Shown: one piece after another, positions 49,370 to 58,700 of the stretch
How the letters are laid out: each line of letters opens with the position of its first letter
Numbering within the stretch: position 1 is the stretch's first letter
Program-made: the position numbers and the translations under genes
Assembly (NCBI GenBank): GCA_003151625.1
Contig: PLYC01000013.1
Location: 29,210 to 93,209, forward strand
Direction: 5' to 3'
From: Candidatus Doudnabacteria bacterium
GTDB lineage: Bacteria > Patescibacteriota > Doudnabacteria > UBA920
DNA: 64,000 nucleotides
Notes under the pieces: generated by a model
Told to the model about the DNA's origin: nothing
The model's database searches: none
What the model saw: the letters and a program-made list of their open reading frames with translations, nothing else

Positions 49370-49524
49370 TGATTTAATTTCCTTTCAAATTTTAACTGTT
49401 CGACCTTTGCTTTTTGTTTCTGGCGTTTTTCCTCCGCCATTAACTATACATTAGTAAGTTTTTGAAAATCCGTCAAGTATTAAGGACTTATTGCATTTTT
49501 AAAATATTTATGTTAGTATGAGTT

Positions 49525-50193
49525 ATGCACCAAATACAAGAAAAGTTATTAGAGCTGTCAAAAAGTCAAAATTTGGCTAAATTAAGCCTTAGAGATATGG
49601 CAAAGGCTATAGATTTACCTTTAGAATCCCCTCAAAAAATTAAGCACCATTTATTACAGCTTCAAAAAAAAGGTTTTTTGACGATTGATAGGGTAAAAGG
49701 CTTAATGGATAGAGCCGTAGATACGCCTATGTGGGCTTCAAAATTACTTAAAAAGACTACGAAGTTATTTTCTATCCCAATTATTGGCATGGCCAATTGC
49801 GGCCCGGCAGAAATCTTTGCAGAGCAAAATTTTCAAGGGTTTTTAAAAGTTTCCAGTAGGCTAATTCACCGTTCAAAGCCCGATGGCCTCTATGCCATAA
49901 AAACAGATGGCTCATCTATGAACCGAGCAGAAATAAACGGAAAACGAATAGAAGATGGGGATTTCGTAATTGTGGACGGGGAAGATAGGAACGCAGAAAC
50001 CAACAATGTTGTTTTGGCTATTATTGATAATAAAGCTACAATCAAAAGACTTATACATGACACTCAAAATGGGCAAGTTGTTTTAAAAGCAGATTCGTCC
50101 TTTGACTACGAACCTATTTATCTGCACCCAGACGACAACTTTTTTATAAATGGTAAGGTGGTGGATGTAATAAAAAAACCGATGAAAAATTAA
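49525..50193 (+). CDS. LexA-like repressor (HTH plus S24 peptidase)
   Basis: N-terminal winged-helix; C-terminal GSSMNRAEINGKRIEDGDFVIVD...ATIKRL Ser/Lys dyad region; possibly leaderless. Confidence 0.75.
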   Translation: MHQIQEKLLELSKSQNLAKLSLRDMAKAIDLPLESPQKIKHHLLQLQKKGFLTIDRVKGLMDRAVDTPMWASKLLKKTTKLFSIPIIGMANCGPAEIFAEQNFQGFLKVSSRLIHRSKPDGLYAIKTDGSSMNRAEINGKRIEDGDFVIVDGEDRNAETNNVVLAIIDNKATIKRLIHDTQNGQVVLKADSSFDYEPIYLHPDDNFFINGKVVDVIKKPMKN

Positions 50194-50206
50194 TACAACT
50201 AAAATT

Positions 50207-51256
50207 ATGGCATACGAAGTAGACTATATGCCGGTTGGTGAAGGAGAAAAAAGCGGCGACGCCATCGTCTTACGCTTTGGCAATCTCACAGGACCGCGTG
50301 AACAACAAACAGTTATCGTTATTGATGGGGGCTACCAGGAATCTGGCGAGCTACTTGTTAACCATATTAATGAGCATTATGGGACAAACGAAGTTAATTA
50401 TGTTATTTTAACCCATCCTGATATAGATCACGCCTCCGGCCTTTGTGTTGTTCTTGAGAAAATGAAAGTTGGGGCACTTATTATGCATAAGCCATGGGAA
50501 CACGCGGAAGATATAAAAAGCTTATTTCAAAATGGTAAAATAACCGCATCTGGCTTACAAGACAAAATTGAAAAGTCGCTTCAGCACGCTAGTGATTTAG
50601 AGTCTATGGCTCAAAAAAAAGGTATCCCAATTTACGAGCCCTTTGAAGGCACCTATTTAGATAATGTTTTTCACGTTCTTGGCCCTTCAAAAGATTATTA
50701 TCAAAGCCTACTGCCTCATTTTAAAGATATGCCAGCACCCAAGATAAGCCTTGGAGCATTTGCACCTATTTTTAGAAAAGCTGAAGAAGTCGCGAACTGG
50801 ATTCAAGATCATATAGGCATAGACTTGCTCGATGATGATAACGACACAACCTCCGCAAGTAATAATACTAGCGCAATTATAGTTTTTGTCATCGATGGTC
50901 ACAAACTACTTTTTACCGGTGACGCTGGAAAAACAGCTTTACTTAATGCCATAGCTTATGCTGACAGTAAAGGGTTTTCACTTACTGACCTTAATTTTTT
51001 AGATGTGCCTCATCATGGGAGTAAGCGTAATCTCAGCAGTAAAATATTGAAAAAAATTAAAGCAACAACCGCTTTTATTTCAGCCCCAACGGATTCTCCC
51101 AAACATCCTGCAAAAAGAGTAACCAATGCTTTAAGAAAGCATGGTCATTCAGTTTATGTTACTCGTGGAAAATCAATTCTTCATCATAACCAAGGTAATG
51201 CGAGGGGGTGGGGAGATATAGAGTCAGAGCCCTTCCATGATAGATTTGAAGAATAA
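50207..51256 (+). CDS. MBL-fold metallo-hydrolase
   Basis: LTHPDIDHASG metal-binding motif; later HHGS; about 350 aa. Confidence 0.65.
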   Translation: MAYEVDYMPVGEGEKSGDAIVLRFGNLTGPREQQTVIVIDGGYQESGELLVNHINEHYGTNEVNYVILTHPDIDHASGLCVVLEKMKVGALIMHKPWEHAEDIKSLFQNGKITASGLQDKIEKSLQHASDLESMAQKKGIPIYEPFEGTYLDNVFHVLGPSKDYYQSLLPHFKDMPAPKISLGAFAPIFRKAEEVANWIQDHIGIDLLDDDNDTTSASNNTSAIIVFVIDGHKLLFTGDAGKTALLNAIAYADSKGFSLTDLNFLDVPHHGSKRNLSSKILKKIKATTAFISAPTDSPKHPAKRVTNALRKHGHSVYVTRGKSILHHNQGNARGWGDIESEPFHDRFEE

Positions 51257-51965
51257 AAATATTACCGCTATGTTTGAAAAGATTAAAGAAAATTTTGATG
51301 ATTATAATTTAAAAGCAAGGGTTTACCCGAGCCTAATAGCATTGGCTCCATTTTTTTTACTTGCCTATATTCTTATAAAAAATCAAGCAGGTCTTAATAT
51401 AATTGCGAGCTTGGCCAGTAGCTCATTGATAACAATGCTTTTACTATTTTTCATTTCTGATATTGTAAGAAATTTAGGAAAATTTCTAGAATCGAAAGTA
51501 TTTGGTAATGAGTTGTATTTCCCCACCACGGAAATTTTGTTGCACATAAATACGTATTTAACAGCCGAAAAAAGGCTTAAAATTTACGACAAGATCAGAA
51601 GCGACTTCCAATTTTCTCTTGCTACGGAAGTAGAAGAAAAAAACAATGAGAACCTCGCAAGGCAAAAGATAAAAGAAGCCGTAGGATTAGTTAGACAAAA
51701 AGTTACAAATGGAAGATTATTGCTTCAATTTAATATAAGATACGGGTTTTGGAGAAACCTAATAGGAGCCTCCCTATTTTCGTGCGCTTTTTGTATAGTA
51801 GACTTAGTTATTTTTTTACTATTTTATACAAGCTTTGCTAGTTCGTTTATAGCACTGATTTTATTTTTATTCTATTTATCAATTTTTTTATTTAGAAAGT
51901 TGTTGCTCAAGTTTTTTGGTTTTCAATATGCTGAACAGTTATTTTTGGAGTACCTAACTAAATAA
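51237..51965 (+). CDS. membrane protein
   Basis: 242-aa ORF with multiple TM helices. Confidence 0.45.
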   Translation: MIDLKNKNITAMFEKIKENFDDYNLKARVYPSLIALAPFFLLAYILIKNQAGLNIIASLASSSLITMLLLFFISDIVRNLGKFLESKVFGNELYFPTTEILLHINTYLTAEKRLKIYDKIRSDFQFSLATEVEEKNNENLARQKIKEAVGLVRQKVTNGRLLLQFNIRYGFWRNLIGASLFSCAFCIVDLVIFLLFYTSFASSFIALILFLFYLSIFLFRKLLLKFFGFQYAEQLFLEYLTK

Positions 51966-52160
51966 AGTAAATATATTTTCCCATGCCACTTGAAGATTTG
52001 GGCGACGAAATAAGAATGGAGGTAGACGAAGACGGACTTAAGGAAGAATTGGCCGAGCAGATTAACAATGGCGACGCGGACGAGGCTTTACAAAGAATGG
52101 AAGATTTGGGAATAGATATTGACGAGTTAGATTTATAAAATTTTTACTAATTTTGAATTT

Positions 52161-52697
52161 ATGAATAAGGAATACGAATTAGTTGTGAAGCCGTTGATTA
52201 AATGGTTTAAAAACCAAAAGTCTAATTGGCAACTGGAATTCCCCAAATACCATACTGCGGCCACGGGTTGGGATTTACAAGCAAGACGCAAAAACCAGGA
52301 TTTACTCATTGAAGCTAAATATATCAAGGGGCGGTTTGTTTCTTATTTTGCTGGTATGGTTTGCGCGCCAATGTCCAACAAAAGACAGTCTTTTATGAAA
52401 AGAAAGGCTCATGGCTGGAACGAGGGCGTGTGCTGGGCAATAGGCACTTCGTTTAAGTCCAGAGATATAATGCAAATATTGCTAGATTATTTTTCCAGAA
52501 ATTTGGTATTTTGGGAATTCTATGGCAAATATTTTAAAATGAAATATGTATTTTTTGTGAATGATTTGGAAGTCAAAAAAGTAGATTGGAATAAACTGAT
52601 CTTTATTGCCGGTAAATATTTAGAAGCGCAAAATAAAAATAAATTGAGTTTATTAGAAAGAAGAACTTTGGCCGCTAAACTTTGCTCAATAAAGTAA
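52161..52697 (+). CDS. hypothetical protein with PD-(D/E)xK-like motif
   Basis: GWDLQA...DLLIEAKY resembles the D...ExK nuclease core. Confidence 0.35.
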   Translation: MNKEYELVVKPLIKWFKNQKSNWQLEFPKYHTAATGWDLQARRKNQDLLIEAKYIKGRFVSYFAGMVCAPMSNKRQSFMKRKAHGWNEGVCWAIGTSFKSRDIMQILLDYFSRNLVFWEFYGKYFKMKYVFFVNDLEVKKVDWNKLIFIAGKYLEAQNKNKLSLLERRTLAAKLCSIK

Positions 52698-53434
52698 TTT
52701 TAAATTTTGTGCTGCAAACTTATTTCAAAAAAACTTTTAAAATTGAACTAAAGTTATTTTTGTTCGTTTTGTATATTGTTTATTTAGCCTTTTTATTAGT
52801 AAAAGGGTACGGCTGGAGATATGTACTCGTTACTCATATTTCGGCGGTATTAATCTACAGTATCTATAAATTTGGCTTGGAATTTTTATGGATTTTATTA
52901 GCGCCACTTATAGCAGTATTTACTTTTTTTGAAGTCTTGATTATTGAAAGGTACATAAAAAGTTTTCAACAAAATGTTCCGGCGGAAGTAGTTATTATTT
53001 TAGGACACTCCAATTGGCTAAAACTGGAGGCATGGATTAAGCCTAATGCTTCCTTGGATGATATTAAATTGCTGGTCAAATATTTAGAACTGAAAAAACA
53101 AGGCTTTTCGTTTTACCCTGATGCCAATACCTCGGAGGTAGAAAGTATTATGGCAAATGAAAAAGTAAAAGAAGTTTATTTTATGGGGCACGGAGCGTCC
53201 CATACTTTCCAATTAAATACTGACGAAATTTTGTATTATTGTGATTTTGCTGGAGCCAAATATGAGAAAGAGTTTGTTCATCAGGTACATTGTGGCACCC
53301 AGGACGGGAAAAGCCTAATTGATTATGTGGTCCCGGAAAGGAATAGGAACGGCTGCTTTTTAATTAGAAAGTCGATAAACTCATTTAGAATCCAAAAAGA
53401 ATTTAAACAAAAAATCAAAATGTTAGAAAATTAA
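52682..53434 (+). CDS. membrane-anchored hypothetical protein
   Basis: 250-aa ORF with N-terminal TM helices. Confidence 0.4.
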   Translation: MLNKVILNFVLQTYFKKTFKIELKLFLFVLYIVYLAFLLVKGYGWRYVLVTHISAVLIYSIYKFGLEFLWILLAPLIAVFTFFEVLIIERYIKSFQQNVPAEVVIILGHSNWLKLEAWIKPNASLDDIKLLVKYLELKKQGFSFYPDANTSEVESIMANEKVKEVYFMGHGASHTFQLNTDEILYYCDFAGAKYEKEFVHQVHCGTQDGKSLIDYVVPERNRNGCFLIRKSINSFRIQKEFKQKIKMLEN

Positions 53435-53450
53435 ATTTTAACACTTCCAC

Positions 53451-53476
53451 AAAAAACCACCTTACGGTGGTTTTTT
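53451..53476 (+). terminator. rho-independent terminator
   Basis: AAAAAACCACC ttac GGTGGTTTTTT. Confidence 0.65.
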
Positions 53477-53540
53477 CATAAAAAATTAAAACAAAACCTT
53501 TTTTGCTTCTTAGGGCTTCCCATTGTAACTCTGGGTTTTT

Positions 53541-53661
53541 GCCCGTCAAGGGTAAAACCTCTTTATCTGCCGTAAGCCATAAATCGGTTTTAATCCCGTT
53601 GACCGCCAAAACATTCCAGAGTTTTTTTGCTTGCCATAATAAGTAAGCAAAAAGGAGTTTT
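53541..53661 (+). promoter_or_regulatory. conserved ~120-bp leader (copy 1) upstream of RadC-like gene
   Basis: Shares GTCAAGGGTAAAACC...GGTTTTAATCCCGTTGAC.GCC...CCATAATAA.TAAGCAAA.AAAGGAG with 56121-56242. Confidence 0.45.
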
Positions 53662-54144
53662 ATGGAATATCAAGTAAATATTAGCTACCAGTTTAAAGCT
53701 GATAGCGACAACGAAGCTAACGAAAAAGCCAAAAGCTATATTAGCCAGAATTTGCAGGTTAAAGCTATTAAGGACGGCGTTTACAGCCCTTTGGAAATAG
53801 CCTCAAAGTGCAAGAATTTCAGGAAAGCTAAAAAAGAACACTTTTGCGTCTTTTTCCTGGATACCCAAAACAGGATTCTTGGCAAAGAAACCGTCAGCAT
53901 TGGCACATTAAACACAAGCCTGATTCATCCCAGGGAGTGTTTTAGGACTGCTATATTAAAAAATTCTGCTTCTGTAATTTTCGTCCACAATCATCCAAGC
54001 GGGGGTTTAGAGCCGTCAGCGGAAGATCTTAATGTTACCAAGCGGTTAAAAGATGCCGGGAAACTCCTTGGCATAGAAGTTTTAGACCACGTGATTGTAA
54101 CAACTGATTCTCACACCAGTTTGAAGGAACGACATTTATTATAA
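53662..54144 (+). CDS. RadC-like JAB domain protein (short form)
   Basis: HNHPSGGLEPSAEDLNVTKRL; paralog of the C-terminal half of 33717-34381. Confidence 0.8.
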   Translation: MEYQVNISYQFKADSDNEANEKAKSYISQNLQVKAIKDGVYSPLEIASKCKNFRKAKKEHFCVFFLDTQNRILGKETVSIGTLNTSLIHPRECFRTAILKNSASVIFVHNHPSGGLEPSAEDLNVTKRLKDAGKLLGIEVLDHVIVTTDSHTSLKERHLL

Positions 54145-54263
54145 AAATTAAAACCCATCCAAATCATGAAATAAAGAAAAACGTCAGCGCCCGAAGGTGC
54201 TGACGTGCTCGGCTGACGAGCGTGAATGCGTGTTGTATTGGTTTGAACTTTGCCGTTCCGGAT

Positions 54264-54845
54264 CTACGCCGGAAATATTTCCGCTTGCACCGTAATCCAG
54301 TCACTGCCCCTGCTGTCGTCGGCCTCCCGCGTAACCATGGCGGCGACACGCCCCTTCCCCTGGAAGTTGTACTGGACGTAATGGAGGAGCTTCCCTCCGA
54401 ATTCCGGCTGGGCAAACCGAACGCGCATGGCGTGGATTTTGTGGCCTTCGTCGCCTTCCTGCAATATCGCCTCCACATCGACGATTTGCTTGAAGTGACG
54501 GGGGTGATATGTGCCGTGCTGGTCTGCTGTGATGTAGATCCATGCGTTGAAGAGCTTGCGAATGGCAGCAAAGTAGTCGACCGAAGTCGAGCTTTCATAG
54601 TTGTAAGCTGCCATCGCGTTGTCCAAAATCTCCGTGAGTTTCATTGCATCTTCCTCCTCAGGAATTGTAGGGATTTTTAACCCTTCCAAAGTCACAAAAT
54701 AATTTATGAGCTTAGAAGAATGTCCGAGTTTAACCTCTCGGACGTAGGTCTTATGGTTTGTACCACGTTCCAGCACTGCCTGCTGGTTGGTTTTATGAAT
54801 GTTGACTACTTCGTGACGGGCTCGATGGTCAGCCTGCAAAGCCAC
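54264..54845 (-). CDS. hypothetical protein (GC-rich cargo)
   Basis: 193-aa ORF chosen among overlapping frames; uncertain. Confidence 0.3.
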   Translation of the reverse strand: MALQADHRARHEVVNIHKTNQQAVLERGTNHKTYVREVKLGHSSKLINYFVTLEGLKIPTIPEEEDAMKLTEILDNAMAAYNYESSTSVDYFAAIRKLFNAWIYITADQHGTYHPRHFKQIVDVEAILQEGDEGHKIHAMRVRFAQPEFGGKLLHYVQYNFQGKGRVAAMVTREADDSRGSDWITVQAEIFPA

Positions 54846-55897
54846 TGCCGCAGATCGGCGACGGCTTTGAGTTGCCAGCGTTCCTCGTCGGTCGAACTCT
54901 GTTCCTTGGGCCGGATATGGCCGCCGGAAATCTCCAGAAAGGCGCCCTTTTCATCGGGCATTTGAAGAATCGTCCGCTCGATGATCCGTTCGACTTCCTC
55001 GCCGGACGGAACTTTCTGTCCGCCCCACGCAGCGCCGCTGTATGCCTGAAAACTGACATGGCCGCTGTTCCTTAGCCTTACGAACACCCTACCATCTACA
55101 GCTTCCGGATCGAAGTCGGGCCGCCGCAGGCAGAGTTTGAACTCCATGCGACGTGCGACGTCATCGTAGTGATTGAAGACGAGCGGATTCCACTTCGGTT
55201 CCCACCGCATCATGGACAACTCGTTCAAGCTGTCCTCGTAGAGCCAGAGTAAGTTCGTGTCTCCAGTGACCTTGAGCGCTTCCGTCAGCATGTAATACCT
55301 CGTGGCCATTTTGCCGACGGTAAAGGCGAATCGCGATCTCTCGGAGCAGTCGATCAAGTGGTCGCGCATCATCTGGCTGTGGAAGTTGCCGCTCTTGGCT
55401 TCTTCGTTGAGCTTGCGCAGCGCTTTGGCGACGATTTCGGTTTGCCCACTGCGTTCCACCCACACTTGCCGTAACGCTTCGGCATACTTGGGATTCCACC
55501 AGTCCGCCATCTGAAGCAGCATGTCGAACTCCCAAGGGTCGTGGTCCATCCAGTGATAGACCTCGTCCTGCTGGGGAACCGAAGCCTTGGTTGCAGGCAT
55601 CGAATACGGGGGAGAAAACTTCTCCTGCCATAAGATACCGGCAATTTCAGCCCCTTTCTTGTATTCGCAGTTGGCGGCCGCGAGAATGGCTTGGACGATA
55701 AGGGAACGCGGTTTGCTATCAACTGTCGCAGCGACCAGTTCGTCCAAAGTGAATTTATGACCGGCAGAACAAACTATGCTTCCGTCGATCATGAGAGTGG
55801 ACCCGCAGCGCTTGCCGCGAGTGCGGCCAGCGAGGCCACATTTCATCTTCCCGTCCTCGACGTAAAACCGTTGACGGGTTGCAGATGTTTCCAACAT
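54806..55897 (-). CDS. hypothetical protein (GC-rich cargo, 363 aa)
   Basis: Longest ORF in the GC-rich patch 54.2-55.9 kb. Confidence 0.45.
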   Translation of the reverse strand: MLETSATRQRFYVEDGKMKCGLAGRTRGKRCGSTLMIDGSIVCSAGHKFTLDELVAATVDSKPRSLIVQAILAAANCEYKKGAEIAGILWQEKFSPPYSMPATKASVPQQDEVYHWMDHDPWEFDMLLQMADWWNPKYAEALRQVWVERSGQTEIVAKALRKLNEEAKSGNFHSQMMRDHLIDCSERSRFAFTVGKMATRYYMLTEALKVTGDTNLLWLYEDSLNELSMMRWEPKWNPLVFNHYDDVARRMEFKLCLRRPDFDPEAVDGRVFVRLRNSGHVSFQAYSGAAWGGQKVPSGEEVERIIERTILQMPDEKGAFLEISGGHIRPKEQSSTDEERWQLKAVADLRQWLCRLTIEPVTK

Positions 55898-56120
55898 TCA
55901 GAACCTCCTGTTTCGTTGTATTTCACTCCTGTTTGCACAGTGAGTGTCCCAGATTAAGGGAAAATTGAGCAGAAAACTAGAAATTTCCACGCACTTTTCC
56001 CCTAACATTGGAACTTACTATTTTACTGTTTTTATTATGTTTTGTCAAAGCCCAAAAATACACCAAATGTACTTTTCCTTTGCTTTCTTATGGCTTTCCA
56101 TTTTACTGACCGTTTACGGC

Positions 56121-56242
56121 CGGTCAAGGGTAAAACCAATTTATTTCCCGTAGGGCATAAAAAGGTTTTAATCCCGTTGACTGCCATAACCTGCGGCCAG
56201 TTCTCCGGAGTCCATAATAATTAAGCAAAGAAAGGAGTTAAT
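56121..56242 (+). promoter_or_regulatory. conserved ~120-bp leader (copy 2)
   Basis: See 53541-53661; precedes RBS AAAGGAG and ATG 56243. Confidence 0.45.
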
Positions 56243-56443
56243 ATGCCCAAGTTTCAAAAACAGGCAGTTAGCACCAAGCAGGGTTTAACGCCGGAGATGA
56301 AGTCAAATATCATCAAAGCGTCCTTGCAGAGAAGTATCAACTACTACTTAGAGTTGAGAAACTCCGTAGACCCTAAGAGCAGCGACTATCACGATTTCGG
56401 AAAGAAAGTTTCCGCGTATATCGCTGTTAAGCAACAGCTTTAA
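56243..56443 (+). CDS. small hypothetical protein (66 aa)
   Basis: Strong RBS; conserved leader upstream. Confidence 0.45.
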   Translation: MPKFQKQAVSTKQGLTPEMKSNIIKASLQRSINYYLELRNSVDPKSSDYHDFGKKVSAYIAVKQQL

Positions 56444-56510
56444 ACAAACACAAAAACCCAAACAAAAACAAAAACAAAAATTCTTTCTTTAAATCATTAA
56501 ACTAACACCA

Positions 56511-56672
56511 ATGCCAAAAGCATACACCGTTTACTTTCAATACTTAATCACCTGCCCCTGCTGCCAAAATTGCTGGAGCGCCAACAGGCAGGAAATCATA
56601 GACCTGGACACCGTTACCTGTCCATCTTGCGGTTCCTGCAACTTAAACATTCAGAAGTATTTTGAAGTCTAA
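56511..56672 (+). CDS. small Cys-rich zinc-ribbon protein (53 aa)
   Basis: Manual ORF MPKAYTVYFQYLITCPCCQNC...CPSCGSC; followed by terminator 56689-56716; below the ORF-track size cutoff. Confidence 0.35.
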   Translation: MPKAYTVYFQYLITCPCCQNCWSANRQEIIDLDTVTCPSCGSCNLNIQKYFEV

Positions 56673-56688
56673 ACCCAAAACAAGATTA

Positions 56689-56716
56689 AGCCACTCTGAA
56701 AAGGGTGGCTTTTTCT
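56689..56716 (+). terminator. rho-independent terminator
   Basis: AGCCACTC tgaaaag GGTGGCT then TTTTCT; near-duplicate at 57589-57625. Confidence 0.6.
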
Positions 56717-56801
56717 ATGTTCAATAATAAAGCTTTTTTACACTAGCCCCTTCTTGCTTAAATAAGTCAACTCTGCTATTGTATCGTAAATAAGAGGAAC
56801 T

Positions 56802-57368
56802 ATGTCCTTAGCTGATCAGCAAAATCGGGCCAAAGATGCCCGCATTACCTTTACTCCGCTTAGGCAGGGACGGTACCGTTGCAACTGGAACGGTGCTGTT
56901 ATAACGCATGGCGCAGTCCATGCCGCCCGCAACCGCCGCTGGAGCGAATTGCATCCGCACGTAGAGATGCCCGCTCCGGCTCCCAAACCGCTCATCACCA
57001 CATACGTTGGACCGCCGCCACAGCCCAAGCCTACACTCAAAGAGGTTGTGGCCGACTCCACCGGTTACATCCGGTGCCCCAACTCATCTTACGGGTCGCT
57101 CTGCGGATCCTACAAGTTCGTCGGATACGCAGCTACCGGCGAGTATACCTGCAATAGCTGCTCCAAGCCGTTTCTCGTCGTTACAGCCGCCACTCAATCG
57201 GCGGCGAACCAACTCCGTGAAGCGGAAGCCATCAACGCCTACGGCGACGTGAACTGTCCCAACTGCCGCGGGATAAACACCGATGCGGTGCATGGAAACA
57301 AGCCCATGGAAGTCACGTGCGAGTATTGCCACCAGAAATTCCTCGCAAAACCGCGCACCGCCGTGTGA
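56802..57368 (+). CDS. Cys-rich hypothetical protein (GC-rich)
   Basis: 188 aa with several CxxC pairs (CNSCSK, CPNCRG, CEYCHQ). Confidence 0.45.
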   Translation: MSLADQQNRAKDARITFTPLRQGRYRCNWNGAVITHGAVHAARNRRWSELHPHVEMPAPAPKPLITTYVGPPPQPKPTLKEVVADSTGYIRCPNSSYGSLCGSYKFVGYAATGEYTCNSCSKPFLVVTAATQSAANQLREAEAINAYGDVNCPNCRGINTDAVHGNKPMEVTCEYCHQKFLAKPRTAV

Positions 57369-57768
57369 CCCACGCCTCCTGGCACTGTAACCAACGTAAT
57401 TGATCTGCTATAACCCAACCGGCGACTTTCCCCCCTGAAGGAAAGTCGCCGCTGTTGTTTTATTATTGTTCAGTATAAATTTTTTTAAAATAGTCGAAGA
57501 TATTTTTATTTTTGCAAAAGTATTTCTGCAACATTGACTTTAGAAATTAACAAATCAGTAGTATTTTAAAACCAATACCCAAAACTAGATAAAGCCACTC
57601 CGCAAGGAATGGCTATTTCCATGAGCCATAATTGCCTAAATGTTGGTTTTTTTTCAAAATTTAATAGTAAGAGGCATTGACCCCAAAAAGAATTTCTGCT
57701 AAAATTTTGCCACCAGACATGCCATATGTTATATGTGTCTGACTACAATGTAAAGGAGATTAACGCCA

Positions 57769-58083
57769 ATGGCAGGGCAACCGCAGGCTTACACTTTGCC
57801 CAAAGGGTATATCGTCAAAAACTTCGATGGTCGCTTTCTGACCCGGAGCATGAACTGGGCGCGCCACCATGGAAAACCGGATCGTGCATTCGTCCACCCG
57901 AAGGAATTGCTACTCGGGACGCAGGATTGGATGTCTGATGCCGACCAAGTCTACCTGGCACAATATAACCCCGTGCATGACCATACGGAGGTTGTCGGAA
58001 ACGAGCCTCTCTCGTTCGAGAAGTTCGCCGCCTACATCAACTCCAATATCCCGTTGCCGGAGCAATTCAGGACAATCGTATGA
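57769..58083 (+). CDS. hypothetical protein (GC-rich)
   Basis: 104-aa ORF. Confidence 0.4.
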   Translation: MAGQPQAYTLPKGYIVKNFDGRFLTRSMNWARHHGKPDRAFVHPKELLLGTQDWMSDADQVYLAQYNPVHDHTEVVGNEPLSFEKFAAYINSNIPLPEQFRTIV

Positions 58084-58484
58084 CACCGACAACGCCGCAA
58101 GCTTGGCAGAGCCAACTGCCGCGCATCAATGTAAACAGGCGAGGCGAGACGGACAAGATGAGGGTCTTGGCCCGTTTCAAGCACCAAGCCACGAACACCT
58201 ACTTCTACGTCTTGCAGGGCGACTCTTGCAAGAACTTCTGGCTTTACTGGGGATTTGCCGTAGTGTCAGGGCGCCAGTTCCCGATTCAGGTCACCGTCTC
58301 CTCACACGATTTGGAGTCGGGAGTCTGGCTCGGCGGCGTACCGTGCGAAGTGGACACCAGCTTCCAGTCGGGCCAGTGGGTGGAATTCAAGAATCTTCAT
58401 TTTCCACCTTCAGGGCCTCTTGCTGGTGGACGGATGAATGACCGCGGAAGCGGAAAACTCACGCACCCGCACGTCTTGCAGTAG
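58080..58484 (+). CDS. hypothetical protein (GC-rich)
   Basis: 134-aa ORF overlapping the previous stop (ATGA). Confidence 0.4.
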   Translation: MTPTTPQAWQSQLPRINVNRRGETDKMRVLARFKHQATNTYFYVLQGDSCKNFWLYWGFAVVSGRQFPIQVTVSSHDLESGVWLGGVPCEVDTSFQSGQWVEFKNLHFPPSGPLAGGRMNDRGSGKLTHPHVLQ

Positions 58485-58700
58485 CACAGATGGCGCATTG
58501 GCAACAATAACCGCTTTGCAACTCGCATTTTGAGTTGCCGCTGAAACACAAAAGTCGGTAAAGAAAGATTTTAGAAGACACCAAATCTAAATCACTTTAC
58601 CGACTTTTTTAATTACTATTTATCTCTGTAAAAGTATTTCTGCAATGTTGGCCTGCTGATTGCTGTTTATGCACAAACATATTTGGCAGAATTTGACAAC

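Noticed and set aside
54164-54680. Overlapping ORFs 54164-54598 (-) and 54222-54680 (+)
   Set aside because: They are mutually overlapping frames in a GC-rich patch; only one frame can be real and none has domain support. The 54264-54845 frame is retained at low confidence.
55161-55722. ORFs 55161-55631 and 55369-55722 inside gene 54806-55897
   Set aside because: They are alternative frames of the same GC-rich DNA; the longest frame is kept.
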